Assembly: GCF_020745735.1 (NCBI RefSeq)
Contig: NC_083421.1
Coordinates: 40,415,001-40,479,000 of the forward strand
From: Hemiscyllium ocellatum
Taxonomy: Eukaryota
Length of the DNA stretch: 64,000 nt
Direction: 5' to 3'
Below, one piece after another: positions 37,820 through 51,300 of this stretch (positions are counted from its first letter, which is position 1; each line of letters starts with the position of its first letter). The notes below the pieces were generated by a model that was not told where the DNA came from, ran no database searches, and was given only the letters and a program-made list of their open reading frames with translations. Position numbers and translations under genes: made by a program.

Positions 37820-37912
37820 TGGTGGGATTAGCTTTTTCCATCTTCATCATAAGTGGCTTGAATCCTGACTCTGGGTTAATTTCCCTTTGAGGACATAATC
37901 TTCTAAATCTAT
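37820..37912 (-). CDS. Zinc-finger gene linker exon (93 nt, phase 1-1): (D)RFRRLCPQREINPESGFKPLMMKMEKANPT
   Basis: Acceptor cttttttccatgttttag, donor CCA|gtaagc; open frame. Confidence 0.83.
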
Positions 37913-38312
37913 CTAAAACATGGAAAAAAGATTTAAAGAGGTGTTAAAAAAACAAACTGATAAATATTAGTACCAGCAAATGTTTCTGCACAAGCAGAAA
38001 TTACTAGACAAAGAAATTCGACATTTCCGCTTTGTGTATTCTAGAGGAGATTAACATTTGGAAAAATAGAACTCCTAACAACTTGCCAAAGAGTTTCTGT
38101 GAAATCAAAGCTTTAATACTGGGAGCAGAAGAAAACAGCATTCCTGTTAATAAGTAAATATAAACAGTTAATTGGCAAAGGTTGCATGATTTTATTTACA
38201 TTTCAACTTCATCTTAATTATATTGAAGGGCAATTAATGAATGAGTGAGTCACAATCTATCATGGGTTGATGCTTCAGATTATGACATGATCCTTGTTAC
38301 TATTTCGTTAAC

Positions 38313-38918
38313 ACATAGAACATAAAACATTACAGCGCAGTACAGGCCCTTCGGCCCTCAATGTTGCACCGACCAATCATACCAATCTGAAGCCCATCTA
38401 ACCTACACTATTCCATGTATGTCCATATGCTTGTCCAATGATGACTTAAATGTACTTAAAGTTGGCGAATCTACTACCATTGCAGGCAAAGCATTCCATA
38501 CCCTCACTACTCTCTGAGTAAAGAAACTACCTCTGACATCTGTCCTATATCTATCACCCCTCAATTTAAAGCTATGTCCCCTCGTGTTTGCCATCACCAT
38601 TCTTGAAAAAAGGCTCTCCCTGTCCACCCTATCTAACCCTCTGATTATCTTATATGTCTCTATTAAGTCACCTCTCAACCTTCTTCTCTCTAACGAAAAC
38701 AGCCTCAAGTCCCTCAACCTTTCCTCATAAGACCTTCCCTCCATACCATGCAACATCCTAATAAGTCTCCTCTGCACCCTTTCCAAAGCTTCCACATCCT
38801 TCTTATAATGCAGTGACCAGAACTGTACACAATACTCCATGTGCGGCCGCACTAGAGTTTTGTACAGCTGTAGCATAACCTCATGGTTCCGGAACTCAAT
38901 CCCTCGATTAATAAAAGC
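38313..38918 (-). mobile_element. CR1 LINE 3' end (5'-truncated)
   Basis: ORF 38403-38978: LYKTLVRPHMEYCVQFWS...RLRGDLIETYKII...FFTQRVVRVWNALP; short-repeat tail. Confidence 0.92.
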
Positions 38919-40558
38919 TGATTCTGAAAGATACCAAGGGCTGCATTTTACCAGATACCAGCTATGTGTCAATTTCATGGAGTTTCATGAAGCTTTTCTC
39001 TCTGCTAGCCCTAGGTAGCTCTCTAGCACTTGTGCCATCAAAAACTCACCCCACCAACTATCTCATCGAATGCTAGACCAATTTTCCCACACAATGCAGG
39101 TGAAAGTGCTCACTATAGCTGGGATATTCTGAGATCCTGCCACTGGCACCATCTTCAAACTAGAGTAGTATACCCAGTCAAGTGCTGACAGTTCAGGATT
39201 GCCCCTCACTGTCAACATACTGGCACAGTTGACACAAACAAATGCTTCTCACAATGTTTCTCTTACAGAGGTGTCATAGTTTGTACTTACAATTGCGCAT
39301 TCCTCTCCCAGTCGCTATTTAAAGAACAGGCCACATAGCTCAGCTGTCCTTAGCTCATCCTTAGTCTCTCTTACAACCCTCTACAGCATTGCTACTCTTT
39401 CTCCAATGCTCATCACAGCCAAGCATCTTATCATTGTTCAATGATAGTGCCTAAAAACTGATTTTCACTATTCACTTTGCTAATGAAACGCCTGACAATT
39501 TTAGACTCACCATCTCATACACTCTGGTTGATCGTAGCCATTTAAGAAGGAAGCTTTCCACCACTCTCTCAAGGAGTAATTAGGGATAGGAAACTAATGC
39601 CGGCCTAGCCAGCAATGTCCACAACCATAAAGTGAAAAAAAATAAATAAAATTATTTTGGTAAGTAAATAGATCTGTTTTGCATTGCACACAGAAATCTA
39701 TAGATCATCCTTTGTTCTGAATTGTTAAACACAAAGGGAAGGAATTGGCACAATTTAAGGTTAAGATACTACTAAGAATATTTTTAATGTCTTTATTATG
39801 CCTGAACAATCTTCCACATAATATTTGTGTTGCAGACATTTCGTCCCCTGTCTAGGTGACATCCTCAGTGCTTGGGAGCCTGCTGTGAAGCGCTTCTGTG
39901 ATGTTTCCTCCGGCATTTATCATGATTTGTATCTGCCGCTTCCTGTTGTCAGTTCCAGCTGTCCGCTGCAGTGGCCGGTATATTGGGTCCAGGTCGATGT
40001 GCTTATTGATTGAATCTGTGGATGAGTGCCATGCCTCTAGGAATTCCCTGGCTGTTCTGTTTGGCTTTTCTTATAAAAGTAGTGTTGTCCCAAGTTGCTT
40101 GTCATCTGAGTGTGTGGCTACTAAGGATAGCTGGTCGTGACGTTTTGTGGTTAGTTGGTGTTCATGGATGCGGATCACTAGCTGTCTTCCTGTTTGTCCT
40201 ATGTAGTGTTTTGTGCAGTCCTTGCATGGGATTTTGTACACTACATTGGTTTTGCTCATGCTGGGTATCGGGTCCTTCGTCCTGGTGAGTTGTTGTCTGA
40301 GAGTAGCTGTTGGTTTGTGTGCTGTTATGAGTCCTAGTGGTCACAGTAGTCTGGCTGTCAATTCGGAAATGTTCCTGATGTATGGTAGTGTGGCTAGTCC
40401 TTTGGGTTGCGGCATGTCCTCAGTCCATTGTCTTTCCCTTAGGCATCTGTTGATGAAATTGCGCGGGTATCCGTTTTTGGCAAATACATTGTGTAGGTGT
40501 TCTTCTTCCTCTTTTTAGTAGCCACACACTCAGATGACAAGCAACAGGAGTTCGACTG

Positions 40559-43500
40559 AGGAAAAGGGCTCTGGACAGGATGAGCCAACTGACCAAGGCA
40601 CCATGGTGCAGAAGGCCATTCAAGAGGGGGGAGCTAATAGACAAATAGTGGTTATAGGGGATTCTATAATTAGGGGGTCAGACAGTATCCTTTGCAAGCC
40701 AGATCGGGAGTCTCGCATGGTGTGTTGCCTGCCCGGTGCCAGGGTGCGGGACATCTCCGACCGGCTTGAAAGGATATTGGAGCGGGAGGGGGAGGATCCA
40801 GTTGTTGTGGTCCACGTTGGTACTAACAACATAGGCAAAGCTAGGGTAGAGGACCTGTTTGGGGATTACGAAGCACTAGGCAGGAAATTGAAGCACAGGT
40901 CCTCAAGGGTCATAATCTCTGGATTACTGCCCGAGCCACGTGCCAATTGGCATAGGGACAAGAAAATTAGGCAAGTAAACACGTGGCTAAGGGATTGGTG
41001 TAGGAAAGAGGGATTCCACTTCATGGGGCATTGACATCAGTTTTGGAACGGGGGGATCTGTACCGTTGGGACGGTCTCCACCTGAACTGATCAGGTACCG
41101 ATGTTCTAGCGATGAGGATAAATAGGGTGGTCAGTAGGACTTTAAACTTCTGAGTTGGGAGGAAGGGAAAGTGAAAGCGACAGGGAGTATGGCGTTAAAT
41201 GGAAAGATAAACAGCAGGATAGCATGTTTCCAGGCGGATTTAAAATTGAGGCAGACTGAGAATGCAGAAAAAAGCAAGGATAACTTAAGACATCATATGA
41301 CTTCCAACATCTCTAATGATAAGAAAGTTAGCATTAAGGCACTTTACCTGAATGCTCGTAGCATTTATAACAAAGCAGATGAACTAATGGCACAGATAAT
41401 AGTGAATGATTATGATGTGGTAGGTATCACAGAGACTTGGTTACGGGGGGTCAGGACTGGCAGTAAAACCTCCATGGTTTTTCAACTTATTGAAAAGACA
41501 GAGGTGGGCAGAGAGGGTGGGGTTGCCTTGTTAGTTAAGAACAAAATTAAATCAATGGTATTGAATGACATAGCATCGGATGATGCGGAGTCTGTGTGGG
41601 TGGAATTGAGGAACCACAAAGGCAAAAAAACCATAATTGGTGTTGTGTATAGACCTCCTAACAGTGGTCAGGACTAGGGACACAACATGTACCGGGAAAT
41701 AGAGAAGGCATGTCAGAAAGGCAAGGTCACATTGATCATGGGAGACTTTAATATGCAGGTGGACTGGGTAAATAATGTTGCTAATGGATCCAAAGAAAGG
41801 GAATTCATGGAATGCTTAGAGGATGGCTTTTTGGAACAGCTTGTCATGGAGCCCACAAGGGAGCAGGCTATTCTGGACCTAGTGCTTTGCAATGAACCAG
41901 ACTCTATAAAAGATCTTAAAGTAAGGGAACCCTTAGGAAGTAGTGATCATAATATGGTAGAGTTCAGTCTGGAGTTTGAAAGAGAGAAGGCAAAATCGGA
42001 TGTAATGGTGTTACAGTTAAATAAAGGTAATTATGAGGGCATGAGAGAGGAACTGACAAAAATAGACTGGAAACAGAGGCTAACCAGGAAGACAGTAGAG
42101 CAAAAATGGCAGGAGTTTGTGGGTATAATTGAGGACACTGTACAGAGGTTCATCCCCAAGAAAAGAAAGATTATCCGGGGAGGGATTAGACAACCATGGC
42201 TGACAAAGGAAGTCAGGAAATATATTAAAGAAAAAGAGATATCCTATAAAGTGGCTAAGAACAGTGGGAAATCAGAAGATTGGGAAGGATACAAAAACAA
42301 ACAGAGGATAACAAAGAGAGAAATAAGAAATGAGAGGATCAAATATGAAGGTAGGCTAGCCAGTAATATTAGAAATGATAGTAAAAGTTTTTTTCAGTAC
42401 ATAAGAAACAAACGACAGGCAAAAGTAGACCTTGGGCCACTTCAAACTGATGCAGGAAGCCTAGTGATGGGAGATAAGGAAATAGAGGAGAACTTAACAA
42501 GTACTTTGCGGCAGTTTTCACAGTGGAAGACAGGAGTAATATCCCAACAATTAAAGGGAGTCACGGGGCTGAGTTGAGTATGGTTGCCGTTACGAAAGAG
42601 ATAGTGCTAGAAAAGTTAAAAAGTCTTAAAATTGATAAATTTCCTGGCCCCAATGGGATACACCCTAGAGTTCTGAGAGAGGTGGCTGAGGAAATAGCGG
42701 AAGCATTGGTTGAGATCTTTCGAGAGTCACTGGAGTCAGGAAAGGTCCCGGATGATTGGAAGATGGCTGTTGTAACCCCCTTGGTCAAGAATGGATCAAG
42801 ACAAAAGATGGAAAATTATAGGCCAATCAGCTTAACCTCGGTTGTTGGTAAAATTCTAGAATCCATCATTAAGGATGAGGTTTCTAAATTCTTGGAAGAG
42901 CAGAGTCTGATCAGAACAAGTCAACATGGATTTAGTAAGGGGAGGTCATGCCTGACAAACCTGTTGGAATTCTTTGAAGAGGTGACAAGTAGGTTAGACC
43001 AGGGAAACCCAGTGGATGTGGTCTATCTAGACTTTCAAAAGGCCTTTGAGAAAGGTGCCACACGGGAGGCTGCTGAGCAAGGTGAGGGCCCATGGTGTTC
43101 GAGGTGAGCTGCTGGGATGGATTGAGGATTAGCTGTCTAACAGAAGGCAGAGAGTTGGGATAAAAGGTTCTTTTTCAGAATGGCAGCTGGTGACGAGCGG
43201 TGTCCCGCAGGGTTCAGTGTTGGGGCTACAGCTATTCGCATTATATATTAATAATTTGGATGAGGGGACTGGGGGCATTCTAGCGAAATTTGCTGATGAT
43301 ACGAAGTTAGGTGGACAGGCAGGTAGTACTGAGGAAATGGGGAGGCTACAGAAGGATCTAGACAGGGTGGGAGAGTGGTCCAGGAAATGGCTGATGGAAT
43401 TTAACGTGAGCAAATGCGAGGTCTTGCACTTTGGCAAAAAGAATAAAAGCATAGACTACTTTCTAAATGGTGAGAAAATTAGTAAAGCCAAAGTACAAAG

Positions 43501-44214
43501 GGATCTGGGAGTGCTAGACGAGGATTCTCTAAAGGTAAACATGCAGGTTGAGTCCGTGATTAAGAAAGCAAATGCAATGTTGTCTCGTATCTCAAGAGGG
43601 TTGGAATATAAAAGCAGAGATGTGCTACTGAGACTTTATAAAGCTCTGGTTAGGCCCCATTTGGAGTACTGTGTCCAGTTTAGGTCCCCACACCTCAGGA
43701 AGGACATACTGGCACTGGAACGTGTCCAACAGAGATTCACACGGATGATCCCTGGAATGGCAGGTCTAACATATGAGGAACGGCTGAGGATCCTGGGATT
43801 GTATTCATTGGAGTTTAGAAGATTAAGGGGAGACTTAATCGAGACATACAAGATAATACATGGCTTGGAAAGGGTGGATGCTAGGAAATTGTTTATGTTA
43901 GGCGAGGAGACTAGGACCTGTGGACACAGCCTTAGAATTAGAGGGGGTCAATTCAGAACAGAAATGCGGAGACATTTCTTCAGCCAGAGAGTGGTGGGCC
44001 TGTGGAATTCATTGCCACGGAGTGCAGTGGAGGCCGGGATGCTAAATGTCTTCAAGGCCGAGATTGATAGATTCTTGTTGTCTCGAGGAATTAAGGGCTA
44101 CGGGGAGAACGCTGGTAAGTGGAGTTGAAATGCCCATCAGCCATGATTGAATGGTGGAGTGGACTCGATGGGCTGAATGGCCTTACTTCCACTCCTATGT
44201 CTTTTGGTCTTATG
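40559..44214 (+). mobile_element. Near-complete CR1 LINE (partial ORF1 SGNH/GDSL esterase + ORF2 APE endonuclease and RT), few disablements
   Basis: VVIGDSIIRG, HVGTNN; YLNARSI, GITETWL, MGDFN, GSSDHN; GVPQGSVLG, KFADDTKL. GACTG duplicated at 40554-40558 and 44215-44219. Confidence 0.95.
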
Positions 44215-44440
44215 GACTGGGACAACACTACTATTATAGGACAAGCCAAACAGAGAACAGCCAGGGAATTCCTAGAGGCATGGCATTCATTCACAGATTC
44301 AATCAATAAGCATATCGACCTGGAGCCAATATACCGACTGCTGCAGCGGACAGCTGGAACTGACAACCGGAAGCGGCAGATACAAATCACTATAAATGCC
44401 GAAGGAAACATCACAGAAGCCCTCCACAGGAGGCTCCCAA

Positions 44441-44480
44441 GCACTGAGGATGTCACCTAGACAGGGGACGAAACGTCTGC
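44441..44480 (+). ncRNA. Minimal type I hammerhead ribozyme motif (Penelope pLTR)
   Basis: GCA-CTGAGGA-TGTCACCTAGACAGGGGAC-GAAA-CGTC-TGC; mutated antisense copies at ~39832-39871 and ~18864-18904. Confidence 0.72.
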
Positions 44481-44930
44481 AATACAAATTCCCAGCTCGG
44501 CGAACAGAACCACAACAACGAGCACCTGAGCTACAAATCTTCTCACAAACTTTGAATTCCACATAATAGCCTGCAGAAGTGAGATGTTTCATATGCATAA
44601 GCCTCTCTTGATAGTGCCCAAACATTTTTCACTACTCACTTTGCTAACGAAATGCCTGACAATTTCAGACGCATCATCAATTCTCTCAATGAGGCACCTG
44701 TGAAATCTGTGATTTGATGTAAAATTGTATGAGAAATGTACTTAAAGTTATTATTAATTATTTGCAACAGCAATGATTTGAAAATGTTTCATTTCCGTGA
44801 TTTCAGTCTTTAAGTGATTGGGTCTTTCCTTTCAAATTCTTACCAGTAAGGGTAACAGTGTAGTCTTACAATGGTAGTTAGAGCAATACTGTATCCTTGT
44901 ACTAAGACTCTAAACCTCCAGGAATCTTAC

Positions 44931-44987
44931 CTCCGATACCTTTATTCGCAGCATCAGGTCTACAGCTGAAAGCGGTGACAAGTTCTC
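44931..44987 (-). CDS. Zinc-finger gene linker exon (57 nt, phase 1-1): GELVTAFSCRPDAANKGIG
   Basis: Acceptor ttttttttatctgcag, donor GAG|gtaaga; open frame. Confidence 0.82.
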
Positions 44988-45519
44988 CTGCAGATAAAAA
45001 AAACTTTCATCATTTTAGTTCCATTGATCAACAGTCTGTGTTACATTGATGTGCAATATTTCATCAAATTCAACATTCAGGCAGTTCTGACAAATGAATT
45101 CTACCAATGCTAACAATAATACAAATTACAAAGTACAATTAGAATTAGACAGCCTTTCAGTCAAGAGGAAGAATTCTGCTATAATGTTATTTTATGGTAA
45201 AACTACAAACAATTCTTTAATTAAACTTCAGAAATGTTATCCCTTTAAATAACTGAAAATATATTTAGCACTTCTGGGTAACTATGAATCAATTTGAATC
45301 AATTCTAATTCTGGGAAACTGATGAACATTTCAGCTCTCAGAACTTGACTTATTGGCTGTACATCAATGAACACATCAATGAACAATGGAAATCATCTTG
45401 GAAAATATGAAATTTCTTGTTCTTCTAAAGAAGTTTTCTTTAAATAGTTTTGCTCTTTTGTGATAAATGTTATTGAGAGGTTGATGCAATGTGAAATGAC
45501 AGAAGGGCGCTGTGGCACA

Positions 45520-45810
45520 GAAAAGAATTTGCCCTTTATGTCTTGCTTTTCACAACCACCAGATGTCTTGAAGCACTTCACAGAGAATAAATTGTAGTCA
45601 CTATTGCAATGTGGCAATTATTTAAGCACAGCAAGCTGCCACAATTATGATAATGACCAGATATTCTGATTTTCTCGTGTTGATTGAGGGATAACTATTG
45701 GCTAGGATATCAGGATAACCCCCGCATCTCATGATTTCAGTTTAACATCTCGTCCAAAAATGCTTCTTCTGACAGTACGGTACTCCTTCAGTACTGCACT
45801 AGCACGTGAC
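45520..45810 (-). mobile_element. Deu-domain SINE (SacSINE1/AmnSINE1-like) fragment
   Basis: GCACAGCAAGCTGCCACA...TAATGACCAGAT...TTGATTGAGGGATAA...CCTTCAGTACTGCACT pattern; a related piece lies at ~35120-35240. Confidence 0.6.
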
Positions 45811-45904
45811 CAATAATATCAAACTTTCCCTCTCTTGTGATGATGAAAATTACACCCATTTGATAAGGTGTGGATTATGGTATTGGTAGATGAATCAATT
45901 TAAG

Positions 45905-46230
45905 GGGAGGTGGTGACGTAGTGGTGATGTCACTAGACTAGTAATCCAAAGTTCTGGATAAATATTCTGAGGACATGGGTTCCAAACTATTGTGGCAGCT
46001 GGTGAAAATTGAGTTCCATTAGAAACAAGAAGCCTGTTGAGTGGCAACCATGTAACCACTGTTGATTGTTGTAAAAACCCATCTCGTTCACTAATGATTT
46101 TTAAGGAAATAAATCTGCAATCCTAAATTGGTCTGGTCCACATGTGAATCCCTATGCTCAGCAATATGGCTGACTCTCAGGATGGACAATAAATACTGGC
46201 CTAGTGATGCCTATGTCCCATGCAGGAATA
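45905..46230 (+). mobile_element. tRNA-derived SINE (another family)
   Basis: GGTGGTGACGTAGTGGTGATGTCACTAGACTAGTAATCCA head; a similar head occurs at ~62920-63030. Confidence 0.6.
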
Positions 46231-46269
46231 AAATCAAATTGCTCTCTTTTCAATGAAATTCCAAGAATA

Positions 46270-46940
46270 GTATTTTAAAGTTAATAAAGGCAATTATGAG
46301 GGAATGAAAGTATTTAATTGTACAAGGATGGGTGGTAGGTCACAGGCTTGGACAGAATATAAATAACAACAAAGGATCACAAATATAATTGAATACAAAA
46401 GCAAAGAGGTTATGTTTCAATTGTACAAGGTATTGTACATGCAACCACAGCTGGAGAATTGTATATAGTATAGGTCTCTTTATTTTCACAAAGATGTAAA
46501 TGCATTAGGAACACTTCAGTGAAGGTTTACTAGACTAATGCCTGGAATGAGTGCATTGTCTTGAGAGGAAAGGTTGAACAGGTGAGAATTGTACCTACTG
46601 GAGTTTAGAAGAATAAGTGATGACTTGATCAGAAGGGTCTCCACAGGATAATTGTGGAAAGAATGTTTCGTCTTGTGAGAAAATCCAAAATTGCAGAACA
46701 CTGTTTAAAAATAACAGGTCGCCCATTTAAGAAATAGTCTTTGGAGCTCTTCCTCAGGAAAAACAGACTCTTTGAATAATTTTAATGGAGAGGTAAAGAA
46801 TTTGTGATAAAACAAGAAGGCGAAAGGTTAACAGAGAAAGCAGGAACATGGAGTTATCAGATCAGTCATCATCTTATTCTTCATCAGAGCAGACTCAAAG
46901 GGCCAAGTTGCCTACTCCTGCTCTTAATTCATATATTTAT
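46270..46940 (+). mobile_element. Decayed CR1 3' fragment
   Basis: Degenerate EYKSKEVM..LYK, LEFRRI.DDLI motifs. Confidence 0.65.
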
Positions 46941-46957
46941 ATCTGTTACAGCAACCC

Positions 46958-47251
46958 TGAAACAAGTCCACACCGACCCTCCGAACAGTAACCCACCCAA
47001 ACCCATTCCCTTACGTTTTTCCCTGACTAATGCATTTAACCTACACATCCCTGAACACTACGGGCAATTTAGCATGGCCAATTCACCTAACCTGCACATC
47101 TTTGGACTGTGGGAGGAAACCGGAGCACCAGGATGAAACCCCGCAGACAAGGGGAGAATATGCAAACTCCACACAGACAGTTACCAAAGGCTGGAATCAA
47201 ACCCAGGTCCCTGGCGCTGTGAGGCAGCAGTGCTAACCACTGAGCTACCAT
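46958..47251 (-). mobile_element. HE1-type SINE
   Basis: Antisense match to other copies. Confidence 0.85.
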
Positions 47252-48330
47252 GAAACCTATAGCAACCCCAAAACCCAATTTAATTTTTGCAGTTATAGAA
47301 CTGGAATTCACTTGCTATCCTTCATTATTACACACTGGTATGTATTGTTTCTTGAAATTTGATTTACTCAAGTTCAATATTACACATCTAGTTTTTATTT
47401 TTAATTTATTGATCTATAATAGTACAATGTCCAAAGCTACTATTAGACAGGATTTGAGGTGGTAATTGTGTGACTTTGATGCAAAATGTCAATCAAGTTA
47501 GGTAAACCAAAACATTTGTACTGGCCATGCAATCATGTTTCACAGACTATATTCAAAAAAACATGCCAAAGAAGAAAGCTCTTCCTTCTAAATGTTCGCT
47601 CCACCCCGCATCACACTCCTCAGACTTGCTCTGCACCAATTTCACCTCCAAATTCAACTGTATGAAACCTTCTAGATAGCACACAAACCAGAATTTCAAG
47701 TGTTTCCTCGAGCAGTGAGAATCCATTCTCTCACTCAGTCCTTAAAGTTTTTTGACAGCTACTTCTCTATCCAACTCTAGATGATACAAAAAAGTTATGG
47801 TGAGCTTTCAACTTAAATCAGTGCCAAATATAAAGGTTAATAAACCTCAATAGTGTTTGCCATCGAATTTCAAAATGTGATCAGGCAAGGAAAGTACTCT
47901 ATATGAATTTGAAATGATGGTGTTCTCCAACATTGTCATTCTTTGTGGCAGAAACTCAAGGGGTGGGCAATGCTGGTTTTTTTATATAAAGAAAACCCTT
48001 GGAACTGATATGGTGCACCAATTAGATAGTGTCGTACTGTCTGCTCAATGTCCATCCATGGAACTCCGTGCTGATCAACCAAGCTGACCAGATGGTGGCG
48101 CTGGCGTGTGGCGTTTTGGTAAACAAACCAGTATATTGCTGCATTATTTCACGTAACATTCAAGATGAGAATTTGTGAACTTCTGAAGTAAAAAATGTCC
48201 TTTTGAAATTACAACCATTGATATTCACAATTGAGTTTTGCTTGGTTGAACTAACCACAAGGCTCAATTTACACTTTAATTGTTGTAGGTACTCTTGGAT
48301 TAAATATTTTTCAATAATTTTGAAATCATT

Positions 48331-51300
48331 ATAGAGTCAAAGAGTCATAGAGATGTACAGCATGGAAACAGACCCTTCAGTCCAACCTGTCCGTGCCGAC
48401 CAGATATCCCAACCCAATCTAGTCCCACCTGCCAGCACCCAGCCCATATCTCTCCAAACCCTTCCTATTCATATACCCATCCAAATGCCTCTTAAATGTT
48501 GCAATTGTACCAGCCTCCACCACAGCCTCTGGCAGCTCATTCCACACACTTACCACCCTCTACGTGAAAATTTTGCCCCTTAGGTCTCTTCTTTATCTTT
48601 CCCCTCTCACCTTAAACCAATGCCCTCTAGTTCTGGACTCCCCAACCCCAGAGAAAAGACTTTGCCTATTTATCCTATCCATGCCCCTCATAATTTTGTA
48701 AACCTCTATAAAGGTCATCCCTCAGCCTCCAACGCTCCAGGGAAAACAGCCCCAGCTTGTTCAGCCTCTCCCTAAAGCTCAAATCGTCCAACACTGGCAA
48801 CATCCTGTAAATCATTTCTGAACCCTTTCAAGTTTCACAACATCTTTCCGATAGGAAGGAGACCAGAATTGCACGCAATATTCCAAGAGTGGCCTAAACA
48901 ATGTCTTGTACAGCCACAAGATGACCTCCCAACTCCTGTAATCAATACTCTGACCAATAAAGGAAAGCATACCAAATGCCTTCTTCACTATCCTATCTAC
49001 CTGCGACTCTACTTTTAAGGAGCTATGAACCTGCATTCCAAGGTCTCTTTGTTCAGCAACACTCCCTAGGACCTTACCATTAAGTGTATAAGTCCTGCTA
49101 AGATTTGCTTTCCCAAAATGCAGCACCTCGCATTTATTTGAATTAAACTCCATCTGCCACTTCTCAGCCCGTTGGCTCATCTGGTCCAGATCCTGTTGTA
49201 ATCTGAGGTAATCTTCTTCGCTGTCCACTACACCTCCAATTTTGGTGTCATCTGCAAAACTTACTAACTGTACCTCTTAAGCTCACATCCAAATCATTTG
49301 TATAAATGACAAAAAGTAGAGGACCCAGCACCAATCCTTGTGGCACTCCACTGGTCACAGGCCTCCAGTCTGAAAAACAACCCTCCACCACTACCCTCTG
49401 TCTTCTACCTTTGAGCCAGTTCTGTATCCAATGGCTAGTTCTCCCTGTATTCCATGAGATCTAACCTTGCTAATCAGTCTTCCATGGAGAACCTTGTCGA
49501 ACGCCTTACTTAAGTCCATATAGATCACATCTACTGCTCTGCCCTCATCAATCTTCTTTGTTACTTCTTCAAAAAACTCAATCAAGTTTATGAGACATGA
49601 TTTCCCACACACAAAGCCATGTTGACTATCCCTAATCAGTCCTTGCCTTTCCAAATACATGTACATCCTGTCCCTCAGGATTCCCTCCAACAACCTTCCC
49701 ACCACTGAGGTAAGGCTCACCAATCTATAGTTCCCTGGCTTGTCTTTACTGCCCTTCTTAAACAGTGGCACCACGTTTGCCAACCTCCAGTCTTCCGGCA
49801 CCTCACCTATGACTATCGATGATACAAATATCTCATCAAGAGGCCCAGCAATCACTCCTCTAGCTTCCCACAGAGTTCTCGGGTACACCTGATCAGGTCC
49901 TGGGGATTTATCCACCTTTAACCGTTTCAAGACATCCAGCACTTCCTCCTCTGTAATCTGGACATTTTGCAACATGTCACCATCTATTTCCCTACAGTCT
50001 ATATCTTCCATATCCTTTTTCACAGTAAATACTGATGCAAAATATTCATTTAATATCTCCCCCATTTTCTGTGGTTCCACACAAAGGCTGCCTTGCTGAT
50101 CTTGGAGGGGCCCTATTCTCTCCCTAGTTAGCCTTTTGTCCTTAATATATTTGTAAAACCCCTTTGGATTCTCCTTAATTCTATTTGCCAAAGCTATCTC
50201 ATGTCCCTGTTTTGCCCTCCTGATTTCCCTCCTAAGTATACTCCTATTTTCTTTATACTCTTCTAAGGATTCACTCGATCTATCCTGTCTATACCTGACA
50301 TATGCTTCCTTCTTTTTCTTAACCAAACCCTCAATTTCTTTAGTCATCCAGCATTCCCTATACCTACCAGCCTTCCCTTTCACCCTAACAGGAATACACT
50401 TTCTCTGGATTCTTGTTATCTCATTTCTGAAGGCTTCCCATTTTCCAGCCATCCCTTTACCTGCGAACATCTACCTCCAATCATCTTTTGAAAGTTCTTA
50501 CCTAATACCGTCAAAATTGGCCTTCCTCTAATTTAGAACTTCAACTTTTAGATCTGGTCTATCCTTTTCCATCACTATTTTAAAACAAATAGAATTATGG
50601 TCGCTGGCCCCAAAGTGCTCCCCCACTGACACCTCAGTCACCAGCCCTGCCTTATTTCCCAACAGTAAGTCAAGTTTTGCACCTTCTCTAGTAGGTACAT
50701 CCACATACTGAATCAGAAAATTGTCTTGTACATACTTAAGAAATTCCTCTCCATCTAAACGTTTAACACTATGGCAGTCCCAGTTGATGTTTGGAAAGTT
50801 AAAATCCCCTGACATAACTACCCTATTATTCTTACAGATAGCTAAGATCTCCTGACAAGTTGTTTCTCAATTTCCCTCTGACTACTGGGTGGGTCTACAA
50901 TACAATCCCAATAAGGTGATCACCTTTTCTTATTTCTCAGTTCCACCCAAATAACTTCCCTGAATGTATTTCCAGGAATATCCTCCCTCAGCACAGTTGT
51001 AATGATATCCCTTATCAAAAATGCCACTCCCCTTCCTCTCTTGCCTCCCTTTCTATTCTTCCTGTAGGATTTGTATCCTGGAACATTAAGCTTCCAGTCC
51101 TGTCCATCCCTGAGCCATGTTTCTATAATTGCTATGATATCCCAGTCCCATGTTCCTAACCATGCCCTGAGTTCATCTACCTTAGGCCACTTGCATTGAA
51201 ATAAATGCAGTTTAATTTATTAGTCCTACCTTGTCCCTGTCTGCCCTGACTGTTTGATTCACTTCTGTTCTCAGCTGTACCCGTCTCAGATCGATCTCTT

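Larger units (their letters stand above)
39824..44556. mobile_element. Penelope-like element with inverted arms (39824-~40512 minus; ~40514-40558 plus 44215-44556 plus), split by a CR1 insertion
   Basis: 12-bp TSD TTCCACATAATA (39812-39823, 44557-44568); GIY-YIG remnants on both arms. Confidence 0.88.

Noticed and set aside
48088-48103. CTCF-like motif CCAGATGGTGGCGCTG
   Set aside because: It has mismatches in core positions, and a single motif is not evidence of binding.
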